35,750 nt of DNA, taken from NCBI GenBank assembly GCA_016794835.1, contig JAEUJL010000525.1, positions 1 to 35,750 on the forward strand, written 5' to 3'. The DNA comes from Gemmatimonadota bacterium (lineage in GTDB: Bacteria; Gemmatimonadota; Gemmatimonadetes; Gemmatimonadales; Gemmatimonadaceae). Numbering within the stretch: the stretch's first letter is position 1; every line of letters begins with the position of its first letter. Positions 7,507-16,242 of the stretch are shown in pieces. The notes beneath the pieces are model-generated. The model was not told where the DNA came from. It did not search any database and saw only the letters and a program-made list of their open reading frames with translations. The position numbers and the translations under genes were made by a program.

Positions 7507-8981
7507 AGTACGAAAACCCTGAAGGTGCTCGAGCCGTCGAGCCTGTGGTCACGCCGCCTGTCCCCGTAACACGTGAGCCCGGACCAGCACCGCATGCCCC
7601 GTCGCACGCCCCGGGGGGCGCAGCCGATTCGATGTCGGCGCCAACGCCCTTCCGCGACTCGTCAGGCGGGGGACGGCGCGCGCTGCGCTGGGCCCTCTAT
7701 GCGAGTGCCCCCATGCTGGCGATTGTGGCCGTGCTGCTGGTTACGCGGCGCGCGCCATCAGCGCCTGCTGCGGCTGCGGCAGGTCACGAGCACACGGGTG
7801 GCGCTCCGGCCGCCAGCGCTGCCGCCCCCGTCATGCTCTCCGCTGATGCCTCGCGGCGCATCGGAGTGACGTACACGCTGGCGACGATAGGCCCACTCGC
7901 GCGCGAAGTCCGAACGGTGGGCCAGGTGACGGTCGACGAAACGCGGGTGAAGTCCATCTCGCCGAAAATCGACGGATGGGTCGAGCGTCTGGACCTCAAT
8001 TACCTCGGCATGCCCGTGCGCGCCGGCGATCCGTTGCTCGCGATCTACTCGCCGATGCTCGTCACCGTTCAGGAAGAACTGCTCCTCGCGAAGAAACTCG
8101 CCATGGACGTGGTCGGCGGGACGTCAGAAGCCACGCGGAGCGCGGCCGAACTCCTCAGCTCGGCCAGGCGCCGACTGGCCTACTGGGACATTCCCCAGAG
8201 CGACATCGATCGCATCGAGCAGACCGGGGAGGTGCTGCGCACGCTCACGCTTCGCTCACCGGTCAGTGGCGTCGTGGTCGAGAAGTCGGTGTTCGCGGGA
8301 CAGAAAATCATGGCCGGGGACGCGATCTTTCGCATCGCAGACCTGAGCATCGTGTGGGTCGAGGGAGAGGTGTTCGAGCAGGACCTGTCGCTCGTCCGCA
8401 TGGGACGGACTGTCACGGCGGAGTTCGAGGCCCTGCCCGGTGAACAGGTCACCGGACGCATTGCCTACCTCTATCCGACGCTTAACCCCGATACACGAAC
8501 AGCGCGCGTGCGCGTGGAGATGCGCAATCCCGGCCTGCGCCTGAAGCCAGGCATGTACGCCACGTTTCGCTTCAGTGCCGGGAACCGACTGAATGTGCTC
8601 AGCGTGCCGCGGTCGGCGATACTGTCGACCGGCGCTCGCAGCCTCGTGTTTGTCAAGCGAGCCGATGGGCAGCTTGAACCGCGGGATGTCACGCTTGGCG
8701 TCGCGGGAGTGGATCGTGTCGAGGTCCGGTCCGGCCTGGAGGCTGGAGAGACGGTTGTGGCCTCGGCCACATTCCTGGTGGATGCGGAGTCGAACCTCGG
8801 ATCCGCGCTCGGTGGGATGGGCAACATGCCGGGCATGGACATGTCGCCTGCCGGCGCCGGTGCAAAGGCGCCAGCACGGCCGCCCGGTACCCCATCGCAA
8901 AAGGACACGGGGACTACTGCGCCGGACGCGATGGCGGAGATGCCCGGCATGAAGCCTCCCCCCCCGGCCCGCCGGAGGTGA
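7503..8981 (+). CDS. cusB: Efflux RND periplasmic adaptor (MFP), CusB-like, with a Met-rich C-terminal tail
   Basis: ATGA overlap with the OMF stop. HlyD/MFP blocks are present (ISPKIDGWVERL, LAIYSP, SPVSGVVVEK, WVEGEVFEQD). The tail at 8811-8978 has 7 Met in 56 aa. The N-terminal 60 aa precede the TM segment, so an internal start is possible. Confidence 0.85.
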   Translation: MKYENPEGARAVEPVVTPPVPVTREPGPAPHAPSHAPGGAADSMSAPTPFRDSSGGGRRALRWALYASAPMLAIVAVLLVTRRAPSAPAAAAAGHEHTGGAPAASAAAPVMLSADASRRIGVTYTLATIGPLAREVRTVGQVTVDETRVKSISPKIDGWVERLDLNYLGMPVRAGDPLLAIYSPMLVTVQEELLLAKKLAMDVVGGTSEATRSAAELLSSARRRLAYWDIPQSDIDRIEQTGEVLRTLTLRSPVSGVVVEKSVFAGQKIMAGDAIFRIADLSIVWVEGEVFEQDLSLVRMGRTVTAEFEALPGEQVTGRIAYLYPTLNPDTRTARVRVEMRNPGLRLKPGMYATFRFSAGNRLNVLSVPRSAILSTGARSLVFVKRADGQLEPRDVTLGVAGVDRVEVRSGLEAGETVVASATFLVDAESNLGSALGGMGNMPGMDMSPAGAGAKAPARPPGTPSQKDTGTTAPDAMAEMPGMKPPPPARRR

Positions 8982-8987
8982 CCGGTC

Positions 8988-11900
8988 ATGCTCAATCGCA
9001 TCATCGAATGGGCGACGAACAACAAGCTGATCGTGCTGATGTTCACGGTCGCCTCGATTGCTGGGGGAGTCTGGGCGATTTCGCGCACCCCGCTCGAGGC
9101 GCTCCCCGACCTGAGCGACGTGCAGGTGATCGTGCAGGCCGAGTTCAGCGAGCAGGCGCCGCGGATCGTGGAAGACCAGGTCACGTACCCTATCGCCGCC
9201 GAGATGCTCAAAGTGCCTAACGCGCGAACCGTGCGGGGGTATTCGTTCTTTGGCATTTCCTTTGTGTACATCATCTTTGACGACGGGACCGATCTCTACT
9301 GGGCGCGTTCCCGGGTGCTGGAGTACCTGAGCGGAATAAAGGGGAAACTTCCGGCAAGCGTCACGCCGACGCTCGGCCCAGACGCGACGGGGTTGGGCTG
9401 GGTGTACCAGTACGCCCTCGAGGACACGACGGGAAAGCTCACGCTGGCCGAGCTGCGGAGTGTGCAGGACTGGTTCCTGCGATATGCGCTCACCGCGGTC
9501 CCCGGCGTCTCCGAGGTCGCGAGCGTTGGCGGATTCGAGAAGCAGTACCAGGTGGACATCGATCCGGCAAAGCTGCTCGCCTACGGGATCCCCGTGGCGC
9601 GGGTGATGAGCGCCATCCAGAACGCCAACAGCGACGTCGGCGCGATGGTGATGGAGCTCTCCGAGCGCGAGTACATGGTGCGGGGGCTCGGATACCTCAA
9701 GTCCATCTCGGACATCGAGAATGTGGTCGTCGGCGCCACGGCGAACGGGACACCGATCCGGGTGGCGGAACTCGGGCAAGTGGCCATCGGGCCCGCGGTG
9801 CGGCGTGGCGTGGCTGAACTCGATGGCCGCGGCGACGCTGTCGGAGGCATCGTCGTCATGCGCTTCGGCCAGAATGCACTCGAGACCATTCGAAATGTCA
9901 AGACAAAGCTCGCTCAAGTACAGAAGGGACTGCCCCCCGGCGTCGTGGTGCGCACCGTCTACGACCGCAGCGATCTCATTGAACGGTCGATCGAGAACCT
10001 GCGAGGCAAATTGCTCGAGGAAAGCGCCGTCGTGGCGCTGGTCTGCATCGCCTTTCTGCTGCACGCCAGTTCTGCGCTGGTGGCGATCATCACCCTCCCC
10101 ATCGGCATCCTGATTGCCTTCATGGCCATGCGATATGTCGGTGTCGGGGCGGACGTCATGTCGCTAGGCGGTATCGCCATCGCGATCGGGGCAATGATCG
10201 ACGCAGCCATCGTGATGATCGAGAACATGCACAAGCACCTCGAGCGCGCCGCGGCCCTGAAGGGTCTGGCCGGCGGCGACGAGCAGCGGCGCTGGTTCGA
10301 CACACGGGCGCTCAGCGCGTCCGAACGATGGCGCGTGGTCACGGAATCATCGAAGGAAGTGGGGCCGGCGCTGTTCTTTTCCCTCCTCATCATCACCGTC
10401 TCCTTCCTCCCGGTCTTTTCGCTCGAGGGGCAGGAGGGGCGGCTGTTCCGTCCCCTTGCGTTCACCAAGACGTTCTCGATGGCGGCGGCGAGTCTCCTGT
10501 CCATCACGCTCGTCCCGGTGGCGATGGGCTTCTTCATTCGAGGTCGGATCTACAAGGAGCGGTCGAATCCGATCAATCGCGCGCTGATCGCGCTCTATAG
10601 ACCGGTCATTGTCTGGGTCCTGCGCCATCGACTGCCCGTGATCTCGGCGGCGGTCGTCGTTCTCGTGTTCACGTGGATCCCGTGGTCGCGCCTGGGAAGC
10701 GAGTTCATGCCGCGGCTGGACGAGGGCACGGTGCTGTTCATGCCGACGACCCTGCCGGGTGTGAGCGTCGCGCGCGCGAGAGAGATCCTGCGCATACAGG
10801 ATAGCCTGCTCATGACCTTTCCCGAGGTGGAGCACGTGTGGGGAAAGGCTGGTCGCGCCAATACCGCGACCGATCCCGCTGGACTCGACATGTTCGAGAC
10901 CACAATCATGCTGCAGCCGGAGGATCAGTGGCGGCCCGGACTGACGTACGACCAGCTCATCGGGCAGATGGACTCCGCCGTCAAGCTCGCCGGCGTGACG
11001 AACGCGTGGACGATGCCGATCAAGGGGCGTATCGACATGCTTGCCACGGGCATCCGAACGCCAGTGGGTATAAAGGTGTTCGGACCGGACCTGGCGGAAC
11101 TCGAGCGTCTCGGCAAGGAGGTGGAGCGCTCGGTGCAGATGGTCCGCGGCACCAGAAGCGCGTTCGCCGAGCGCGCCGTGTCGGGCTACTACCTCGACAT
11201 CGACATCGACCGTGCGGCAGCGGCGCGGCACGGCCTGAACGTCGGCGACGTGCAGCTGGTGATCGCGACGGCGATCGGCGGGATGACGATCACGCAGACG
11301 GTCGAGGGGCGGGAACGGTACGGAGTGCGTGTGCGATACCCGCAGGAGCTGCGCGACACGCCGGAGAAGCTGGCCTCGGTGCTGGTGCCGATCAGTCACA
11401 ACCGGTCAGCCGGAGCGACGTCAGGCGAGGCGGGATCCATGGGTGGGATGGGCACTGCCGATGGCGCGACGCGAGGTGGCGCGCCTCAAGTGCCGCTGGG
11501 CCAGGTCGCGACGATTCGGAAAGTGGCGGGTCCGATGGTGGTGCGAACCGAGGATGCGATGCCGACGGCGTGGGTCTACGTAGACGTGGTGGGTCGCGAC
11601 ATCGGCAGCTACGTCGCCGAGGCGCAGCAGATGGTGGAACGCGAGGTAACGCTGCCGCCCGGCTACTCCATCGTGTGGAGCGGGCAGTACGAGTACATGC
11701 AGCGGGCCAAGGAGCGTATGAAGCTCGTGATCCCGGCGACGCTTGCCCTGATCTTTCTGCTCCTGTACTTCAACTTCAAGAGCGTCGGCGAAACGATGAT
11801 CGTCATGCTCTCGCTGCCATTTTCCATCGTTGGTGGAATGTGGTTTCTCTGGTTGCTCGGGTACAACTGGTCGGTGGCCGTGGCGATCGGATTCATCGCT

Positions 11901-12350
11901 CTGGCCGGCGTCGCAGCTGAGACCGGGGTGGTGATGCTGATCTACCTGGATCACGCGTGGACCGCCCGGCGCTCGGACGGTCGAACGCCGTCGCTCGACG
12001 ACCTGTACGACGCGGTCATGGAAGGAGCGGTTGAGCGCGTACGCCCCAAGATGATGACGGTCACGGCGATCATGGCCGGGCTGCTGCCGATCCTGTGGGG
12101 TCACGGCGCCGGCGCGAGCGTCATGAAGCGTATCGCGGCGCCGATGGTGGGTGGGATGATCTCGAGCACAGTGCTGACGCTGGTGGTCATCCCTGCGATC
12201 TACTCCTTGTGGAAGGAGCGGGAGGTGCGTACGGCACAGCGCCGTGGACGGCCCGCTCCGATCCTCGAACCTCTGTTGCCAGCGGCCGGGGCCGGCGCAA
12301 CCGACGGCGCGGTATGGCTGGCCCACAACTCGGATGGAGTCTCACCATGA
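8988..12350 (+). CDS. cusA: CusA-type heavy-metal efflux RND pump, Cu(I)/Ag(I) type
   Basis: Near-collinear similarity to E. coli CusA as I recall it (ALPDLSDVQVI, GTDLYWARSRVLEYL, LGPDATGLGWVYQYAL). Met residues occur in the contexts of the CusA M573/M623/M672 triad (LFMPTTLPG, LDMFETTI, RIDMLATGI). TM4 is of the monovalent type (GAMIDAAIVMIEN). Confidence 0.95.
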   Translation: MLNRIIEWATNNKLIVLMFTVASIAGGVWAISRTPLEALPDLSDVQVIVQAEFSEQAPRIVEDQVTYPIAAEMLKVPNARTVRGYSFFGISFVYIIFDDGTDLYWARSRVLEYLSGIKGKLPASVTPTLGPDATGLGWVYQYALEDTTGKLTLAELRSVQDWFLRYALTAVPGVSEVASVGGFEKQYQVDIDPAKLLAYGIPVARVMSAIQNANSDVGAMVMELSEREYMVRGLGYLKSISDIENVVVGATANGTPIRVAELGQVAIGPAVRRGVAELDGRGDAVGGIVVMRFGQNALETIRNVKTKLAQVQKGLPPGVVVRTVYDRSDLIERSIENLRGKLLEESAVVALVCIAFLLHASSALVAIITLPIGILIAFMAMRYVGVGADVMSLGGIAIAIGAMIDAAIVMIENMHKHLERAAALKGLAGGDEQRRWFDTRALSASERWRVVTESSKEVGPALFFSLLIITVSFLPVFSLEGQEGRLFRPLAFTKTFSMAAASLLSITLVPVAMGFFIRGRIYKERSNPINRALIALYRPVIVWVLRHRLPVISAAVVVLVFTWIPWSRLGSEFMPRLDEGTVLFMPTTLPGVSVARAREILRIQDSLLMTFPEVEHVWGKAGRANTATDPAGLDMFETTIMLQPEDQWRPGLTYDQLIGQMDSAVKLAGVTNAWTMPIKGRIDMLATGIRTPVGIKVFGPDLAELERLGKEVERSVQMVRGTRSAFAERAVSGYYLDIDIDRAAAARHGLNVGDVQLVIATAIGGMTITQTVEGRERYGVRVRYPQELRDTPEKLASVLVPISHNRSAGATSGEAGSMGGMGTADGATRGGAPQVPLGQVATIRKVAGPMVVRTEDAMPTAWVYVDVVGRDIGSYVAEAQQMVEREVTLPPGYSIVWSGQYEYMQRAKERMKLVIPATLALIFLLLYFNFKSVGETMIVMLSLPFSIVGGMWFLWLLGYNWSVAVAIGFIALAGVAAETGVVMLIYLDHAWTARRSDGRTPSLDDLYDAVMEGAVERVRPKMMTVTAIMAGLLPILWGHGAGASVMKRIAAPMVGGMISSTVLTLVVIPAIYSLWKEREVRTAQRRGRPAPILEPLLPAAGAGATDGAVWLAHNSDGVSP

Positions 12351-12874
12351 ACAGGAACATCACAAAGGTCGAGCGCCGCGAGGGGCGCGTCGCCACGGCC
12401 GTGGCGCGGACACGGTTCACGCGACGCGCTTGGATCGGAGCCATCACGGGTGGATTGGCGCTTGTGATCATTGGAGAGCGTAAGCGGCGGACGCGGCCGC
12501 TCCTGGCGTTGGGCGAGGTGACGGTCTTCAAGAGCCCGAGTTGCCAGTGTTGCGGCAAGTGGGTAGAGCGTATGCGCGAGCACGGCTTCGCCCTCGGGGA
12601 GGAGAACATGGCCGACGTTTCGCCGGTCAAGCAGAAGTACGGAGTGCCAGCGAATCTCTACTCGTGCCACACCGGGATCGCCGGCGGTTACAGCTTCGAG
12701 GGGCACGTCCCGCCGGACCTGGTCGCCCGTGTCCTGCAGGAACGGCCCGGGTTTGCGGGGCTGGCGGTACCCGGCATGCCACAGAGTGCGCCCGGGATGG
12801 ACCTCGGTCATCAGCCATACGACGTGCTGTCGTTCACGCAGAGTGGGGAGACCGCGGTGTATGCAACGCGCTGA
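12347..12874 (+). CDS. copG: DUF411 (CopG-family) periplasmic copper-binding protein
   Basis: ATGA overlap with the cusA stop (12347-12350). DUF411 signature CQCCGKW and the GMPQSAPGM block are present. The N-terminus is TAT-like followed by a TM (FTRRAWIGAITGGLALVII). The longer tracked ORF (12095..) overlaps cusA and is rejected. Confidence 0.85.
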   Translation: MNRNITKVERREGRVATAVARTRFTRRAWIGAITGGLALVIIGERKRRTRPLLALGEVTVFKSPSCQCCGKWVERMREHGFALGEENMADVSPVKQKYGVPANLYSCHTGIAGGYSFEGHVPPDLVARVLQERPGFAGLAVPGMPQSAPGMDLGHQPYDVLSFTQSGETAVYATR

Positions 12875-13205
12875 ACGATCGTGCCGGGACCGACCGTACG
12901 ATTCGGCGGACGAATGGCCAGTCCCTGACGGTTATCAGGCGGCGGTCACGTGCGCGGCGAATTTACCGGTGAGCCGGGCGCCTTTGCCCTGATTTGCCGC
13001 GCGGGAAGAAGGCTGGCGCGAGGTAGACGTCGACCGGTCCGCGCCCGCGCGCCACGGACTCACTATCGGTGACTTCCGGGGCGTAACGGCCAAGGCGATC
13101 AGTTGCATGACGATCACACTTGCCGTGACAGGTGGCGACTGCAACGAGGTGCGCCTGCGATAGCAGGAGGGGTGGCGGAGCGACTTCGCCTGGCCCCTCA
13201 AGGGT

Positions 13206-14375
13206 TCAGATCCACTGCCTCAGCCAGCGGCGTTCGAACAGCACCTTGCCCCAGTGCCACCACCGACTCGGACGACGCAGCGTCACGACCGGCGTCGGCT
13301 CGCCGTAGAAGTTGCCCGCTCCCAACCCCGCCCGGCCGTCGCCTGTCTCGAGGAAGCACTGGCCCTCCCCGCTAAACGTTCGACGCCCACCAGCTCCCGT
13401 CCACAGCCAGACAACATTCGACGCGACCACCTCGGCCTGACCATGAGCAAAGACGCCGGCTTTCGGCAGCGGCTTCCCCATCGTAAGTGGAACGATGGTC
13501 ACGTCCCCGATCGCGTACACACCCTGGAACCGCGTCTCGAACGTTTCGCGATTCACCGGGACCCATCCACTCTCGTCGACGAGACCCGAAGCGCCAACCA
13601 CGGCGGGCACGCGGTGCGGTGGAACGTAGGCGAGGAGGTCGAACTCTGCTGTCGCCCCATTCGCGAATGCGAGTCGCCGCCCAACGGGATCCACGGTGAC
13701 GACCTGGTGCAACGGGTGATAGCTGATCCCCTTGGACTCCACCACGCTACGCACCGCTGCCGAGACGTGCGGCCCCGCCACGCCCATGGGTCCTGCCTCC
13801 GCGGCATACAGATCCAGCACGCATTCGCCTCGCGTCCCACGACGCCGCATCGCCGCCTCCACGAGCATGATCGCCTCGTACGGCGCTGCAGGGCACTTGT
13901 AGGCCGGCGCAGCGGTCAACACCACAATCCGGCCACCCCGACACGCGGCCAGCGCACCGCGGAAGGTGGTCGCCCCCTCCAGTGTGTAGAGATTGTGCCC
14001 GGCAGCAGCGAGCCCGGGAATCGCGTCAGGGGCCAGGTCGGCGCCGAGCGCCACGATGAGCGCATCCCCTGAGACGTCCTGGCCACCCGCACGGATCGTC
14101 CGCGTCGTGGGATCGATCTCGGTGATCTCGCCGGTGATCACCTCGATCCCCTTCTGAAGGAGTCGCTCGAGCGGGCGCTGGATGCTTGCGGGGGTGCGAT
14201 CGCCGACCGCCAGCCAGAGCAGTGACGGTTGGAACAGGTGCGCCCGTTCGCGATCGACCAGGATCACCCGGTGCTGGCGTGGGAGCCGTCGTCTCAAGTG
14301 GTTGGCTGCGACGATACCGCCGACGCCGCCGCCGAGGACGAGCACCGTCTTCGCTTGCATTCCTGATATCAACAT
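13206..14375 (-). CDS. FAD-dependent oxidoreductase of the sulfide:quinone oxidoreductase (SQR) family
   Basis: N-terminal Rossmann motif VLVLGGGVGGIVAA. An SQR-like block is present (YKCPAAPYE, VYAIGD, FAHGQAEV). A GAAGGTG RBS precedes ATG 14375; the alternative start is 14360. It lies directly downstream of a DsrE gene. Confidence 0.7.
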   Translation of the reverse strand: MLISGMQAKTVLVLGGGVGGIVAANHLRRRLPRQHRVILVDRERAHLFQPSLLWLAVGDRTPASIQRPLERLLQKGIEVITGEITEIDPTTRTIRAGGQDVSGDALIVALGADLAPDAIPGLAAAGHNLYTLEGATTFRGALAACRGGRIVVLTAAPAYKCPAAPYEAIMLVEAAMRRRGTRGECVLDLYAAEAGPMGVAGPHVSAAVRSVVESKGISYHPLHQVVTVDPVGRRLAFANGATAEFDLLAYVPPHRVPAVVGASGLVDESGWVPVNRETFETRFQGVYAIGDVTIVPLTMGKPLPKAGVFAHGQAEVVASNVVWLWTGAGGRRTFSGEGQCFLETGDGRAGLGAGNFYGEPTPVVTLRRPSRWWHWGKVLFERRWLRQWI

Positions 14376-14413
14376 CGGTCACCTTCACGGTTTGGCAGCG
14401 ACCTGCGGTCGCC

Positions 14414-14764
14414 TTAGAAGACCACGACCTTCCCGGCCCACGTTGTCCACTCCGCCAGCTCATCGAGCGTGCTCCGCCTGGCACCGTCCACCAGCTCCGC
14501 ATCCGTCATCCCACGCGCAGCCATACAGGTCCCGCATACCCCGATCGGAACCCGCCGCAGCGTCAGCGTATGCAGCATGCTGTTGATGTTGTAGTAGCCC
14601 TGCGGCACGACGTGACCGCGCTTCGCGCACGCGGTGGCGTCGCCCAGGAGAAACAGGCGCACGTCGGTCCCCTCACGTTTCGCCAGTGCGCCGGCCAACC
14701 GAAGGGCGTTGTAGCTGCGCTCAGTTCCGTAGGGCGGGTCGTTCAGGATGAAGATCGTGTTCAT
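14414..14764 (-). CDS. DsrE/DsrF-family sulfur-relay protein
   Basis: 116 aa. Typical N-terminus (IFILNDPPYGTERSYNALRLA) and the Cys loop IGVCGTCMAARG. An AGGTGG RBS precedes the ATG. Confidence 0.8.
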   Translation of the reverse strand: MNTIFILNDPPYGTERSYNALRLAGALAKREGTDVRLFLLGDATACAKRGHVVPQGYYNINSMLHTLTLRRVPIGVCGTCMAARGMTDAELVDGARRSTLDELAEWTTWAGKVVVF

Positions 14765-14967
14765 GGTACCACCTGAGGTATCGGGTGATCACGTAGTTGA
14801 GTCGTGTTGTTCGTCCCGGTCTCCCGGTTATCCGCCTCCGCTCGTTCGTCCTCCGGCAGTAAGACCTCGGTCCCTGATGCATCACACGTCTCCGGGTCAG
14901 GTGGCGCGACGACGTGCGGGAAGTGTCTCGGGCATTCGGAGTCCGACGAGTACGCCTGACGCGGCGG

Positions 14968-16242
14968 TCATTGCCGCCCAACGCCGATGGCCACGGGCAT
15001 ACTGAACAGGTCCGCGAGCACCCCGGCGAGTACGGCCCCGACGGCGTACCCCATGTCGCGCCAGAGGCGATACACTCCGACGGCCGACCCGCGCCAGGAC
15101 GGAAGCGCGACGTCGCCGATCACGGCGAGCAGCGTCGGATAGACCAAGGCGGTCCCAACGCCGAGTACGGCGCCGGTGACGAGCCACGGGGTAAAGCCGC
15201 GCCAGACGACCATGACTGCGAGGGCAGCACCTTGCAGCAGCATTCCGCCGGCGATCATCCACTTGCGTCCCCACCGGTCACTGAGCGCGCCCGTCCAGAG
15301 CTGGGCCACACCCCATGTGGCAGGGTAAACAAACGCTAGAATGCCGATCTCCCGTAGCGACAGTCCGGCGGCGGCATAGAGGAGCGGAAAGAGGCCCCAA
15401 GCGAGGCCGTCATTCAGATTGTTGACCATCCCCGCCTGGCTGGCGCTGGCCAGTGCCGGATCGCGCCAAGTGCCTCGCGCAAAGAGTACGCGCATCGACG
15501 GCGGGGCCGCTGCCGACCCACCGGTTGTGTTCACATGAGCACTGGCCTCCCCTCGCGCGTGGAACGTCGTGTCGCGCACGAAGAGCACGCTGAGCGCGAG
15601 ACCAACTGCGGCGAAGGCGATCCCGAGGTAGAACGGCTCGGGACGGAGCCCATACCGGCCGGCAATGACGCCGGTGGCCAGGGCGCAGAGCGCCACCGCC
15701 AGATAGCCGGCGCACTCGTTCATCCCCATCGCCAGCCCGCGCCGCCTCGGCCCCACGAGGTCGATCTTCATGATGACCGCGGTCGACCAGGTGAGCCCCT
15801 GATTGATTCCGAGGAAGACGTTCGCGACAACGATCCAGTCCCACGTGGGCGCCCACATCACCAGCAGGGGCACGGGCAACGCGAACACCCAGCCGGCAAC
15901 GAGGACGGGCTTGCGTCCGTAGCGGTCACCAAGTCGGCCAGCCAACAGGTTGGTGAGCGCCTTCACGACACCAAAGGTGGCCACGAAGGAGAGCGTGGCC
16001 GTTCTGGATGCGAGACCGAACTCGCGCTCTCCAAGCAACGGAAGGACGCTGCGCTCCAGTCCCACCATGGCGCCGACAAACGCATTGACCAGCACGAGCA
16101 GTGCGAATTGTCGCCAATTCTCGCGCAGCCCGAGGCGCGGCGCCGCAGGAACCGTGTCGACGTTCGGAAGCGCCGCGCCGTGTACCATGGTGAGGGTGGG
16201 GGTTGCGGCGTGTGCCGGGTGGAGTCGCGGTCCGCTGCTCAC
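14968..16242 (-). CDS. MFS transporter
   Basis: About 12 predicted hydrophobic helices. MFS loop motifs are present (GRLGDRYGRKPVL, LSDRWGRKW). A GTGA overlap couples it to the upstream ArsR-rhodanese gene. Confidence 0.85.
   Translation of the reverse strand: MSSGPRLHPAHAATPTLTMVHGAALPNVDTVPAAPRLGLRENWRQFALLVLVNAFVGAMVGLERSVLPLLGEREFGLASRTATLSFVATFGVVKALTNLLAGRLGDRYGRKPVLVAGWVFALPVPLLVMWAPTWDWIVVANVFLGINQGLTWSTAVIMKIDLVGPRRRGLAMGMNECAGYLAVALCALATGVIAGRYGLRPEPFYLGIAFAAVGLALSVLFVRDTTFHARGEASAHVNTTGGSAAAPPSMRVLFARGTWRDPALASASQAGMVNNLNDGLAWGLFPLLYAAAGLSLREIGILAFVYPATWGVAQLWTGALSDRWGRKWMIAGGMLLQGAALAVMVVWRGFTPWLVTGAVLGVGTALVYPTLLAVIGDVALPSWRGSAVGVYRLWRDMGYAVGAVLAGVLADLFSMPVAIGVGRQ

Noticed and set aside
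8256-12326. Several long minus-strand ORFs (8256..10064, 10347..11399, 11421..12326) opposite cusB and cusA
   Set aside because: The plus-strand products align almost residue-for-residue with CusB/CusA features. The antisense translations are His/Arg/Asp/Pro-rich with no recognisable motifs. They are high-GC antisense artefacts.
12095-12346. N-terminal extension of the tracked 259-aa ORF that contains the DUF411 domain
   Set aside because: It overlaps the 3' end of cusA out of frame. ATG 12347 gives an ATGA coupling and a sensible TAT/TM N-terminus.
12875-13205. 331-bp gap between convergent copG and the SQR-family gene, with ORFs 12935..13201 (-) and 13103..13375 (+)
   Set aside because: The translations are Arg/Ser/Pro-rich and carry no motif. 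One overlaps the 3' end of the SQR-family gene. I could find no clean terminator hairpin or repeat either. The gap is left unannotated; a decayed gene remnant or an sRNA cannot be excluded without a search.
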